A stretch of 64,000 bases of DNA from contig OZ223269.1 of assembly GCA_965140585.1 (NCBI GenBank), forward strand, positions 608,001-672,000, written 5' to 3'. Positions 30,095-39,287 of this stretch are shown in pieces (position 1 is the first letter of the stretch; each line of letters starts with the position of its first letter). The notes beneath the pieces are model-generated. The model searched no databases. It was not told the DNA's origin and saw only the letters and a program-made list of their open reading frames with translations. Source of the DNA: Spirochaetia bacterium (GTDB taxonomy: Bacteria > Spirochaetota > Spirochaetia > UBA9216). The position numbers and the translations under genes were made by a program.

Positions 30095-30104
30095 TAATTA
30101 TTTC

Positions 30105-30135
30105 TTGACCTTCAAGTAGCTTGAAGCTTTACAAT
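30105..30135 (+). promoter_or_regulatory. MerR-type promoter/operator
   Basis: TTGACC-19 nt-TACAAT, with dyad CTTCAAG-TAG-CTTGAAG at 30110-30126. Confidence 0.85.
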
Positions 30136-30164
30136 ACTCATAAATTCAAATACAGGAGAATTTC

Positions 30165-32021
30165 ATGAGAAAAGCTATCAAAAAGGCAGGTATTCTGTTC
30201 TTTATTGCTGCTCTTGTAATTACAGGTTTAGTGTCCTGTGTGAGCAGCTCTAAAGAAAAGTTTACTCCAGGAACTTATGTTACCGAGGCAGACGGACATA
30301 ATGGAAAAGTTAAGGTCGAAGTTGTTTTCAGTGAATAAGAGATAATCTCTGTAAAAATTCTTGAAAACTCAGAGACTGAGGGTGTTGCAGACAAGGCTGT
30401 AAAGATGATGCCCGAAACAATTGTAAAACGGCAGACTGTCAAGGTTGATACCGTATCAGGAGCCACTGTTGCAAGTCAGGCAATAATTGATGCTGTAGCT
30501 GCAGCGGTCGTTATGGCAGGGGGCGACCCTGAAAAAATGGCTGATATGACAGGCCGGGCAAAATCAGTATCCACTGAAACCCGTGACTGCGATATCGTTG
30601 TTATCGGTGCAGGCGGAGCAGGTCTTACTGCGACTCTGGCGGCCGTTGAAGCAGGATATAATGTAGTGCTTCTTGAAAAGCTTTCATACACCGGAGGCGG
30701 TTTTAATTATGCTGAAGGTACTTTTGGTATGAACAGCCCGCTGCAGAAAGAAGCCGGAATAGAGATGACAGTTGAAAAGATTTTTAAGCAGTCTGAAGAA
30801 TTTCATCATTGGCTTGCTAATGCAAAGCTTCTCAAAGCTTTCTATGAAAATGCCGGTGATTCTATAGCATGGCTTATGGATCATGGTGTCAAGTTCAGAG
30901 GTGTCATTACAGCCAATCCGCCGGACGGTTACCCTGCATGGCATCTGTTCGACGGAGGTCAGGCCGGCCGGCTTGCAGTAAACAATATTACTGAAAGAAT
31001 CGAAAACAGCAGCAATGGTGAAATTCTTTATGAAACTCCGGGAAGAGAACTGCTTATTAAGGATGGAGAAGTTTGCGGAGTTGTAGCTGAAAAAGGTGAC
31101 GGTACAAGGTTTGAAATAAATGCCGGCGCAGTAATTCTTGCTTCAGGCGGTTTTTCAAGTAATGAAGAAATGAAAGAGAAGTATCTCAGGTTTCCCGGTT
31201 ATCTGAATATCGGAGCAGGCGGACGTGAAGGTGACGGCATAAAAATGCTTGAACAGGTAGATGCACAGCTTGTCGGAATGACTGCTGTACTCGGAGCCGG
31301 TCTTGTAATGCCGATACCTATCAGTCAGCAGATGGGACCTGATACAAAATATCCCGGAATTCTCGGTGTTATATACAATGAAGGTCTTATGACGCTTTCA
31401 CAGCAGGGTGAAAGATACATGAATGAAAGACTGCCTATTGAATTCCGTTCAAACGCTACCGAGCAGATCGGCGGTACTGCATATGTAATCTTTGATCAGA
31501 AAACCCTTGATGAGTTCAAAACTAAGGGCCAGAGATTCGGATTCGGTTTCCCGGGACAGCTTCCTGGACTTCAGGAAGGTCTCGATAAGGCACTGGCTGA
31601 AAATAACGACTGGATGTTCAAGGCTGAAACACTTGAAGACCTTTCTGCTAAGACTGGTATGAATCTTGAAAACCTCAAAAAAAGTGTTGCAAATATGAAC
31701 AAATACACTGCCGAAGGTGTAGATCCGGAATTCTATCTTGAAGAAAGAGCTCTTTATTCAGTTGAGAAGGCTCCCTACTATGCTGTCAGGGTAATTCTTG
31801 GAATGTATGCAACTGTCGGCGGAGCAAGAGTAACTGAAAACCTTGAAGTTATTAACAAATCAGGTGAAAAGGTTCCGGGGCTCTATGCTATCGGACTTGA
31901 TGCCGGCGGACTCTACGGTGATACATACGATATGAGAATTGCAAACGGTGCAGCCAGTGGTTTTTCAGTGACAAGTGCAAGGCTTGCAGTAAGAGAAATT
32001 GAAACATGGCTGGCTAAGTAA
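30165..32021 (+). pseudogene. Lipoprotein flavocytochrome c-like reductase (FMN-bind + FAD domain) with one in-frame stop
   Basis: AGGAG + ATG 30165, lipobox LVSC, GHNGKVKVEV, in-frame TAA at 30336-30338, then DTVSGAT and VIGAGGAG in the same frame. Confidence 0.82.
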
Positions 32022-32065
32022 GTCCGCTTAAATCAATTTTGGATCTGCGCTATGCAGATTTTATC

Positions 32066-32110
32066 AAAAGCCCCGCTATATATGTATTATAAGCGGGGTT
32101 TTTTCTTTTT
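32066..32110 (+). terminator. Rho-independent terminator
   Basis: AAAGCCCCGCT...AGCGGGGTTT followed by a T-tract. Confidence 0.8.
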
Positions 32111-32171
32111 CAGGTAACAGTTTTGTGCTTCAGCCGTGTTTAAAACTAAAACACGTTCTGAAGGAGATCGT

Positions 32172-32936
32172 ATGAAAAAGATTTTAACTTTAATGATAAT
32201 TCTAACCGCATTAGTTTTTGCAGGTTGTGATATCTATATTGATTTTCCGGCTTGGGATCTCAATTACAGCCGAAATACAAGTCAGACTTTCTCGGTGCCT
32301 GCAGCAAATAAGGTAATTGTGGAAAACAGTACAGGAAACGTCAAAATATATACCACTGAAGATGCGGAAGTGCTTGTTGAAGCTACAATAAAAACAAGAT
32401 ACGAATCACAGCTGTATGAAGCAGGAATAAGCAGTACTGATACCGGTACTCTTACCATTGAATCTTACAGCGGGTCACTTTCCGGTACTGATGTTCAGTT
32501 TGATATTACCATATATGTACCTGCCGGCATGATTGTATCTGTTGAAAACACCACAGGTAATGTTGAAATTGATGCTGATGTATATATCGATGATATTACT
32601 GTTTCCACCGGCGAAGTATCTGTAAGCCGTGCCTATGAACTTGAATATGCTGAAGTTACAACAGGTCAGTTTTATTCAGATGATGTAGATGTTATTCACA
32701 CTGTATACGTAGTTACCGGTAGCCTGGATGTCTCAATCACAGATGATTCATGCAATAAATCACTGACTGTTGTGACAGGTGACAGCACTGTAAGAGTTGA
32801 ATATGGTCTTGATTTAAGTCTGTATACAGCCGTTGCCACAGGTTCAACCGATATCGACTGGAGCCAGAACTCTTTTGCAGTTTACAGTATTGATGCCAAA
32901 GTCTCAACGGGAAGCCTGGACGTGGTTACAAGATAA
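32172..32936 (+). CDS. Lipoprotein with DUF4097-like beta-strand repeats
   Basis: AAGGAG RBS, MKK...LVFAGC lipobox, repeated xSTG/TTG-x-V units. Confidence 0.75.
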   Translation: MKKILTLMIILTALVFAGCDIYIDFPAWDLNYSRNTSQTFSVPAANKVIVENSTGNVKIYTTEDAEVLVEATIKTRYESQLYEAGISSTDTGTLTIESYSGSLSGTDVQFDITIYVPAGMIVSVENTTGNVEIDADVYIDDITVSTGEVSVSRAYELEYAEVTTGQFYSDDVDVIHTVYVVTGSLDVSITDDSCNKSLTVVTGDSTVRVEYGLDLSLYTAVATGSTDIDWSQNSFAVYSIDAKVSTGSLDVVTR

Positions 32937-32955
32937 AAGGCGGAATACAATTAAT

Positions 32956-32992
32956 AAAAGCCCCCGGTTGTTCTATCAAACGGGGGCTTTTT
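32956..32992. terminator. Bidirectional terminator
   Basis: AAAAGCCCCCG...CGGGGGCTTTTT between convergent genes. Confidence 0.8.
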
Positions 32993-33015
32993 TATATCAC
33001 GCAGCTTTGAAAGGC

Positions 33016-34593
33016 TTAGCAGTCTTTTTTCAGTTTGCAGACATATCTGTTGTAGTAATAATCAAAACTGTCAATCAGAGCCTCCCATGAAGCTTCCACT
33101 ATATTCTCTGAAACTCCAACGGTGTCCCAGCTGTTATTAACATCAGATGAAGTAATAAATACCCTTACTTTGGCTGCTGAAGCCTGTTCAGGGTTCAGTA
33201 CACGTACTTTATAGTCAACAAGTGATATTTTAGATATAAACGGGAAAAACGGCTTCAGGGCATCTCTGAGGGCCATATCAAGGGTCTCTACAGGTCCTAT
33301 ACCGAGTCCAGCCCCCATTACATTTTTATCAAGGGTTTCAAGAAATACACGACCGACCGTCTTTGAAGGAAGTCCCCCGGTCTTGAAAGATTCAAGATGG
33401 TAATTATTCAGCTCTGAAAGCTGCTTGTAGATACCAAGCTTTTTCCATACCAGGAGGTAGAAGGATGCTTCAGCCGCCTCGTATTCATAACCGTTGCTTT
33501 CCCTGTTCTTAAGTTCGTTAATAATATCAACAACCTCAGGCGATTTTTTATCAAAATTACCATATTTGGCAATCTTTTTTACAATGGTAGATTTGCCTGC
33601 AAGTTCCGAGAGAAGGATTCTTCTTTCATTTCCCACCTTGCTGCCGTCAAGATGCTCCATCAGCTCCGGAGCCTTGGAAATTACATCAGCATGCTGTCCG
33701 GCTTTGTGACTGAAGGCTGCTATTCCAACATAGGGAGCTCTCTTGTCAGGAATGATGTTGGCTTTTTCGGCAACAAACCTTGAAAGCGAAGTGAGTTCCT
33801 GAAGCTTCTTTGACATATTGATCTTATAATCTGTTTTAAAGGCAATATTCGGGGTGATGGAACAGAGGTTTGCATTTCCGCAGCGTTCTCCCCAGCCATT
33901 TATAGTCCCCTGAATATGAGTCGCACCCAAATCAAGGCTGATTATTGAGTTTGCTACAGCCGTACCGCAGTCGTCATGGTAATGAACTCCAATGCGGGCC
34001 AGCTCATTAACCGGAATGCCGTTTATTATCTTCCATACTTCATTCGGAAGTGTACCTCCGTTTGTATCGCATAAAACAAGGCAGTCTGCTCCTGCTTTGG
34101 TGGCTTCACGCATCAGAAGCATTGAATACTCCGGATCGTCCTTGAATCCGTCGAAGAAATGCTCAAGATCAAGAATAACCTCATCGATATGCTTTTTACA
34201 GTATTCTATTGAATCAACTATCATCTCGAGGTTCTGCTCCGGGTTTGTGTGCAGAACCTTTGTGACATGAGCCTTCCATGATTTGCCGACAATTGTTACA
34301 GCAGGTGTGCCGGCAGAGAGCAGGGCATTCAGGTGCGGATCTTCCGCTGCAGTATTTTTCGGACCGCGGGTTGAACCGAAAGCCACTATCTTTGCATGAT
34401 GAAACTTTTCCTTTTTAACACCTTCAAAAAAAGCAGCTTCCTTTTCATTAGCAAAGGGAAAGCCTCCTTCAATATAGTCCACGTTAATATCATCAAGAGC
34501 TTTTGCAATCTGTATCTTATCTGCAAGAGTAAAGCTTACTTCGATTCCCTGCATGCCGTCACGAAGTGTTGTATCGTATATATCTACATGCAT
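33016..34593 (-). CDS. cimA: Citramalate synthase
   Basis: YDTTLRDGMQG, VGKSW, DLEHFFDG, CDTNGG, GYEYEAAEAS, VSENIVEASW. Confidence 0.88.
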   Translation of the reverse strand: MHVDIYDTTLRDGMQGIEVSFTLADKIQIAKALDDINVDYIEGGFPFANEKEAAFFEGVKKEKFHHAKIVAFGSTRGPKNTAAEDPHLNALLSAGTPAVTIVGKSWKAHVTKVLHTNPEQNLEMIVDSIEYCKKHIDEVILDLEHFFDGFKDDPEYSMLLMREATKAGADCLVLCDTNGGTLPNEVWKIINGIPVNELARIGVHYHDDCGTAVANSIISLDLGATHIQGTINGWGERCGNANLCSITPNIAFKTDYKINMSKKLQELTSLSRFVAEKANIIPDKRAPYVGIAAFSHKAGQHADVISKAPELMEHLDGSKVGNERRILLSELAGKSTIVKKIAKYGNFDKKSPEVVDIINELKNRESNGYEYEAAEASFYLLVWKKLGIYKQLSELNNYHLESFKTGGLPSKTVGRVFLETLDKNVMGAGLGIGPVETLDMALRDALKPFFPFISKISLVDYKVRVLNPEQASAAKVRVFITSSDVNNSWDTVGVSENIVEASWEALIDSFDYYYNRYVCKLKKDC

Positions 34594-34594
34594 T

Positions 34595-36115
34595 TTATGC
34601 CCCGTTGTTCTGCTGTGCCATCTTATGCCGGTTAAGTGCGCTTATATAAGCTCTGGCGCTGGCTTTCATGGTGTCGGTTGAAGAGCCCTTACCCTGAAAT
34701 TTCTTTCCGCCAATATCAACAGTGATATTAACTTCTCCGATTGCAAGTTTTCCGGAAGTCACTGCATGAACATGATATTCTTCAAGTTTAGTCTGTATAC
34801 CGGTGGCTTTTTCCAAAGCATTAAAAATTGCAGAAACCGAACCGTCTCCTTCTGCGGAGCCCTCAAAGGTTTCACCCTCGATTTTAATCTTTACATCAGC
34901 AGTAGGTGTCATGTTGGTGCCTACCGACAGTTTAAAGTACTCAAGAGAATAAATTGATGTTTCTTTTCCAAGTACAGAACCGCAGATAGAGAGTATGTCT
35001 TCATCAAATACTTCTTTCTTTCTGTCAGCCAGTTTAAGAAATACCTGAAATGCTGAATCCATTTCCTCATCAGAGAGGGCAATTCCAAGTTCGCCGACTC
35101 GTTTTTTAAAACCGTGTTTGCCGGAATGTCTTCCAAGCACAATCTCACTGTTTTCACGGCCTACAGATTCAGGAGTCATTATCTCGTAGGTTTCGCGGTT
35201 TTTAAGCATTCCGTCCTGATGTATTCCTGATTCATGACTGAAGGCGTTGGCACCCACAATAGGCTTGTTTCTGGGAAGCGGACTGCCGATGATCATCGAA
35301 AGCATTCTTGATGTGTAATACAGCTGCTTCGTATCGATTCCTGTTTCAATACCGTGAACATCCTTTCGTACATTCAGGGCCATAACAAGCTCTTCAAGGC
35401 TTGCATTACCGGCTCTTTCTCCGATACCGTTAACAGAAACTTCTGCCTGCCTTGCGCCGTTCTTTATAGCGGAAAGAGTATTGGCTACGGCCATTCCAAG
35501 GTCATTGTGACAATGAACACTTATGATAGCCTTATCGATATTGGGAACATTGTTCATTATTGAACTTATAAATGAACCGTATTCATCGGGCATTGTATAA
35601 CCTACAGTATCAGGGATGTTGAGAATTGTGGCACCGGCATCAATAACCTTTTCCAGAATCCTGTAAAGGAACTCAAGCTCACTTCTAGTCCCGTCTTCCG
35701 GAGAAAATTCAACCTCGGGGAACTTGTTTCTGGCGTATGTCACTGCTTTTACAGCGTTCTCCACTACCTTGTCAGGTTCCATGTTCAGTTTGTACTTCAT
35801 ATGGATAGGCGATGTTGCAATAAAGGTGTGAAGTCGAGGATTTTCAGCTTTGCCTATTGATTCATAAGCCGCATCAATATCCTTTTCAACAGCTCTTGCA
35901 AGTCCACAAATGGTTGTACCTTTAACATTTTCAGCAATAAGCTTACAGGCATCAAACTGATGGGGTGAAGAAACCGGAAATCCGGCTTCTATAATATCAA
36001 CACCGAGCCTGGAAAGCTGAAGTGCAAATTCATATTTCTGTTCAATGGTCATGGAAGCGCCGGGCGCCTGTTCTCCGTCTCTGAGTGTGGTGTCAAAAAT
36101 CCTGATATTTTCCAT
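34595..36115 (-). CDS. leuA: 2-isopropylmalate synthase
   Basis: FDTTLRDGEQAPG, HCHNDLG, GERAGNA, HESGIHQDG, regulatory domain. Confidence 0.95.
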   Translation of the reverse strand: MENIRIFDTTLRDGEQAPGASMTIEQKYEFALQLSRLGVDIIEAGFPVSSPHQFDACKLIAENVKGTTICGLARAVEKDIDAAYESIGKAENPRLHTFIATSPIHMKYKLNMEPDKVVENAVKAVTYARNKFPEVEFSPEDGTRSELEFLYRILEKVIDAGATILNIPDTVGYTMPDEYGSFISSIMNNVPNIDKAIISVHCHNDLGMAVANTLSAIKNGARQAEVSVNGIGERAGNASLEELVMALNVRKDVHGIETGIDTKQLYYTSRMLSMIIGSPLPRNKPIVGANAFSHESGIHQDGMLKNRETYEIMTPESVGRENSEIVLGRHSGKHGFKKRVGELGIALSDEEMDSAFQVFLKLADRKKEVFDEDILSICGSVLGKETSIYSLEYFKLSVGTNMTPTADVKIKIEGETFEGSAEGDGSVSAIFNALEKATGIQTKLEEYHVHAVTSGKLAIGEVNITVDIGGKKFQGKGSSTDTMKASARAYISALNRHKMAQQNNGA

Positions 36116-36120
36116 ATTGT

Positions 36121-36636
36121 CTAATACTCCTTTTCCCTGGTACTTTTAGCAGTACCACTTGTCTTTCTTCCTCTTTCTATCGAGACCAGGCCGCTTCTTG
36201 CGATTTCAGAAACGTGGCCGTCCAAAAGCATAACAAGATCATCTATCTTTTTTGCGCTGCCGGTAATCTCAAGCACCATCGTATTACTTCCTACATCCAT
36301 AACCTTTGCGTCAAAGACTTCAGCCAGCTGTATAATTTCTCCGCGGTTTCCAGGAAGTACGGATATTTTAATCAGTGCGAATTGTCTTGCAATGGTGTCC
36401 TTGCTTGTCAGATCGGTAACCTTGATAACTTCGATAAGCTTGTTAAGCTGCTTTTTTATCTGGTCAATGATTGTGTCGTCTCCACGGCATACAAGTGTTA
36501 TTCTTGTAATTGCCGGGTCGAGGGTAGGGCCGGATGAGAAACTTTCCACATTATAACCGCGTCCGCTGAGAAGTCCGGAAATCCTGGCAAGCACGCCGGC
36601 ATTGTTTTCAACGAGAAGTGAAATTACATGATTCAT
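36121..36636 (-). CDS. ilvN: Acetolactate synthase small subunit
   Basis: LVENNAGVLARISGL..RGYN ACT domain, QLNKLIEV. Confidence 0.93.
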   Translation of the reverse strand: MNHVISLLVENNAGVLARISGLLSGRGYNVESFSSGPTLDPAITRITLVCRGDDTIIDQIKKQLNKLIEVIKVTDLTSKDTIARQFALIKISVLPGNRGEIIQLAEVFDAKVMDVGSNTMVLEITGSAKKIDDLVMLLDGHVSEIARSGLVSIERGRKTSGTAKSTREKEY

Positions 36637-38387
36637 TTTTTATCCTCCCCGGAATCAAGGCTGAAAACCATTTCGCCGAGGCCGGCACCAGGAGGTACCA
36701 TCGGCCAGACATCTGCTTCAGGTTCAATTATACAGTCAATAATAACCGGTTTGTCTTTTATATCTTTGATTTCTACCAGAGCTTTTTCAAGCTCATCAAT
36801 GGTATTGACCCTGAAACCGCGGGCTGTGTATGCCTCAGCCAGTTTTACAAAATCCGGAGTTGCTTCATATGCCGGTTTTTCCCCGTCATATTTTAAGTCA
36901 TTAAGATGGGTGGAAGAATATCGTCCTTTCTGAAACATCTTCTGCCACTGTCTGACCATTCCAAGATAACCGTTGTTCAGGATAAGTATAATAACCGGCA
37001 GGTTGTTTTTAACCGCGGTAGCCATTTCCTGTAGATTCATCTGGAATGACCCGTCCCCGGATACAGCAACTACACGTTTTTCACGGTTTGCAATCGCAGC
37101 GCCCACTGCTGCAGGAAAGCCGTAGCCCATTGTTCCGAGACCGCCTGAAGTCACGAAGGTTCTCGGATTTTTGAATTTCCAGTAAAGGGCTGTCCACATC
37201 TGATTCTGTCCGACTTCAGTTGTAACAATCGCTTCCGGAAATGCCTTGTTTACTGTTTCAAGAACTTCAAGAGGCATTAAATGTTCTGTAGGTTCTTCTT
37301 TTAAATGAAAACCTTCATATGCATTTCTGCAGACAGCTTCTTCCTTCCATGCCTTAATTTGTTCAGTCCATGCAGGATTGCCAAGCGGCTCAAGCAGGGG
37401 AAGCATATCTGTCAGAACACTCTGGGCATCACCTACAATGGGCACCTCAACGGCTACATTTCTCGCTATAGCTGCCGGATCAATATCAAGATGGACTATC
37501 TTGGCATGAGGAGCAAATTTATCAAGTTCCATTGTAACCCTGTCATCAAACCGTACGCCGATACCGAAAATTACATCGCTGTCAGTGATTGCCTTGTTGG
37601 CCGCATATGTTCCGTGCATACCCAGCATTCCCAGGTTGAGGGGGTTTTCTGTCTCAAGAGAACCAATACCCATAAGTGAGTTAACTGCAGGTATTCCGGT
37701 CTTGTTAACAATTTCACGGAAGACTTCAGCAGCATTCCCGACATTGATTCCGCCGCCTGCAAACAGAACAGGCTTTTTAGCCTTGTTTATAAGATTTGCA
37801 GCCCTTTTTATCTGTCCCTTGTGACCTTTCTCAGGCGGGGCATAACCCATGATACTTACAGTTTCCGGGTAGCTTTCCTCTTCAGGCTGGAGAATGATAT
37901 CTTTCGGAATATCTATTACAACAGGGCCTGGCCGGCCGGTTGAGGCTATGTAAAACGCGTCTTTAAGTGTCTTACCAAGTTTATCTCTTTCTGTGACTAT
38001 ATAATTATGTTTTGTAACCGGTCTTGTTAAACCAACTGTGTCGGCTTCCTGAAAAGCATCATTACCAATCATTTTTCTTGGAACCTGACCGGATATACAG
38101 ACAAGGGGTACACTGTCGAAATTTGCAGTAGCCAGTCCTGTTATAGTGTTGGTTACACCCGGACCGCTTGTTACCAGACACACACCGGTTTTGCCGGTAG
38201 TTCTTGCATAGGCATCAGCCGCATGAACGGCAGCCTGCTCGTGTCTGGTAAGGATTACGTTGATATCCTTGGCGTCATACAGTACGTCGAAAACTGGTAT
38301 TACTACTCCGCCGGGGTAACCGAATATTGTGTCGATATTTTCCCTGCGTAATGCTTCAACGATAAGCTCAGAGCCTTTAAATACCAT
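36633..38387 (-). CDS. ilvB: Acetolactate synthase large subunit
   Basis: FGYPGG, RHEQ, GMLGMHG, GDGSFQMN, LGMVRQWQ. Confidence 0.96.
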   Translation of the reverse strand: MVFKGSELIVEALRRENIDTIFGYPGGVVIPVFDVLYDAKDINVILTRHEQAAVHAADAYARTTGKTGVCLVTSGPGVTNTITGLATANFDSVPLVCISGQVPRKMIGNDAFQEADTVGLTRPVTKHNYIVTERDKLGKTLKDAFYIASTGRPGPVVIDIPKDIILQPEEESYPETVSIMGYAPPEKGHKGQIKRAANLINKAKKPVLFAGGGINVGNAAEVFREIVNKTGIPAVNSLMGIGSLETENPLNLGMLGMHGTYAANKAITDSDVIFGIGVRFDDRVTMELDKFAPHAKIVHLDIDPAAIARNVAVEVPIVGDAQSVLTDMLPLLEPLGNPAWTEQIKAWKEEAVCRNAYEGFHLKEEPTEHLMPLEVLETVNKAFPEAIVTTEVGQNQMWTALYWKFKNPRTFVTSGGLGTMGYGFPAAVGAAIANREKRVVAVSGDGSFQMNLQEMATAVKNNLPVIILILNNGYLGMVRQWQKMFQKGRYSSTHLNDLKYDGEKPAYEATPDFVKLAEAYTARGFRVNTIDELEKALVEIKDIKDKPVIIDCIIEPEADVWPMVPPGAGLGEMVFSLDSGEDKK

Positions 38388-38402
38388 TTTTTCCTCCTTA
38401 AA

Positions 38403-38438
38403 TAAAAAAAACCGTTCTCCCTTGCAGGAAGAACGGTT
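38403..38438 (-). terminator. Attenuator terminator upstream of ilvB
   Basis: Minus strand AACCGTTC...GAACGGTT followed by a T-tract. Confidence 0.85.
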
Positions 38439-38459
38439 GGAAAATCAGTTTCCGGTAAG

Positions 38460-38552
38460 TCAATCTCCCTGCATTGAGTAACCTGATAGTAGAATAATAA
38501 TAATGCTGAGTATAGAGATAATTGATTTACCGGAAACGATGTTATTAAACAT
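38460..38552 (-). CDS. ilv operon leader peptide (30 aa)
   Basis: MFNNIVSGKSIISILSIIIILLSGYSMQGD* (8 Ile, 3 Leu, 1 Val); promoter TTGACA-17-TAATCT at 38559-38587. Confidence 0.82.
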   Translation of the reverse strand: MFNNIVSGKSIISILSIIIILLSGYSMQGD

Positions 38553-38644
38553 GGTGAAAGATTAATAGGGAATCTGTCTTTTGTCAACCGTATGATAGAA
38601 TTTTAAGTTTTGAAATGGACGTTCATGCTGTTATAATTCAAAGT

Positions 38645-39265
38645 ATGGAACTTATTATAGAATATTTTGGAACATTGTCATCAGTTATAGTTGCTATATC
38701 GCTGATGCAGAAGAACGTAAAAAAACTAAGAATACTGAATCTTGTAGGATCATTGGCCTTTACAGTATACGGAATCTTTATAAGAGCATGGCCGGTTGCC
38801 GGACTTAACGGGTTTATAGTGGCTATAGATCTCTACTATATTATAACGATGAGCAGGACAGAGAGTTTTTTTGAAATCATGAAAGTTGATTCAGCTGCAG
38901 ATTCACCATACCTGAAAAAATTTGTGGATTTCTACAGATATGATATCTGTAAATTTGTGCCTGATTTCTGTGCAAATGATTTTGAAAAATCTCAAGCTGT
39001 GTTTGTGCTTAGGGATATGAATCCTGCATCACTTATTCTTTATAAAGAAGAGGAAAACACTATAAAAATTAATCTTGATTATGCCGTTCCTGCTTACAGG
39101 GATATGAAAAATGCCGCTTTTTTTCTGAAAAAAGCAACTGAACTGTTTCCTGAAGCATATGAAATAACTGCTCCTGCTGAGACATCTGAAATACATCGAC
39201 GCTATATGGAAAAAGTCGGTTTTGTTATTTCTCAGGAACGGGGAGTATATATATACAGAAGATGA
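38645..39265 (+). CDS. Membrane protein (YgjV-like N-terminus plus soluble domain)
   Basis: SL.QKNVKKLRILNLVGS..F..YG TM pattern; LDYAVPAYRD. Start placed at ATG 38645. Confidence 0.6.
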   Translation: MELIIEYFGTLSSVIVAISLMQKNVKKLRILNLVGSLAFTVYGIFIRAWPVAGLNGFIVAIDLYYIITMSRTESFFEIMKVDSAADSPYLKKFVDFYRYDICKFVPDFCANDFEKSQAVFVLRDMNPASLILYKEEENTIKINLDYAVPAYRDMKNAAFFLKKATELFPEAYEITAPAETSEIHRRYMEKVGFVISQERGVYIYRR

Positions 39266-39287
39266 GCCGATAAATGACTGTAGCAAG

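Noticed and set aside
13693-30338. Stop-codon reassignment or suppression, suggested by four in-frame TAA and one TGA
   Set aside because: TAA and TGA terminate many core genes here, the contexts imply different original residues, the same locus also has a frameshift, and all three tRNAs have normal anticodons.
32041-32061. Small hairpin sharing GCTATGCAG with hairpin H1 of the tRNA spacer
   Set aside because: A 9-nt match is too short to support a repeat family without a genome-wide search.
38303-38587. 94-aa minus-strand ORF over the ilvB leader
   Set aside because: Its TTG start is the -35 hexamer and it runs through the attenuator; the 30-aa peptide explains the region.
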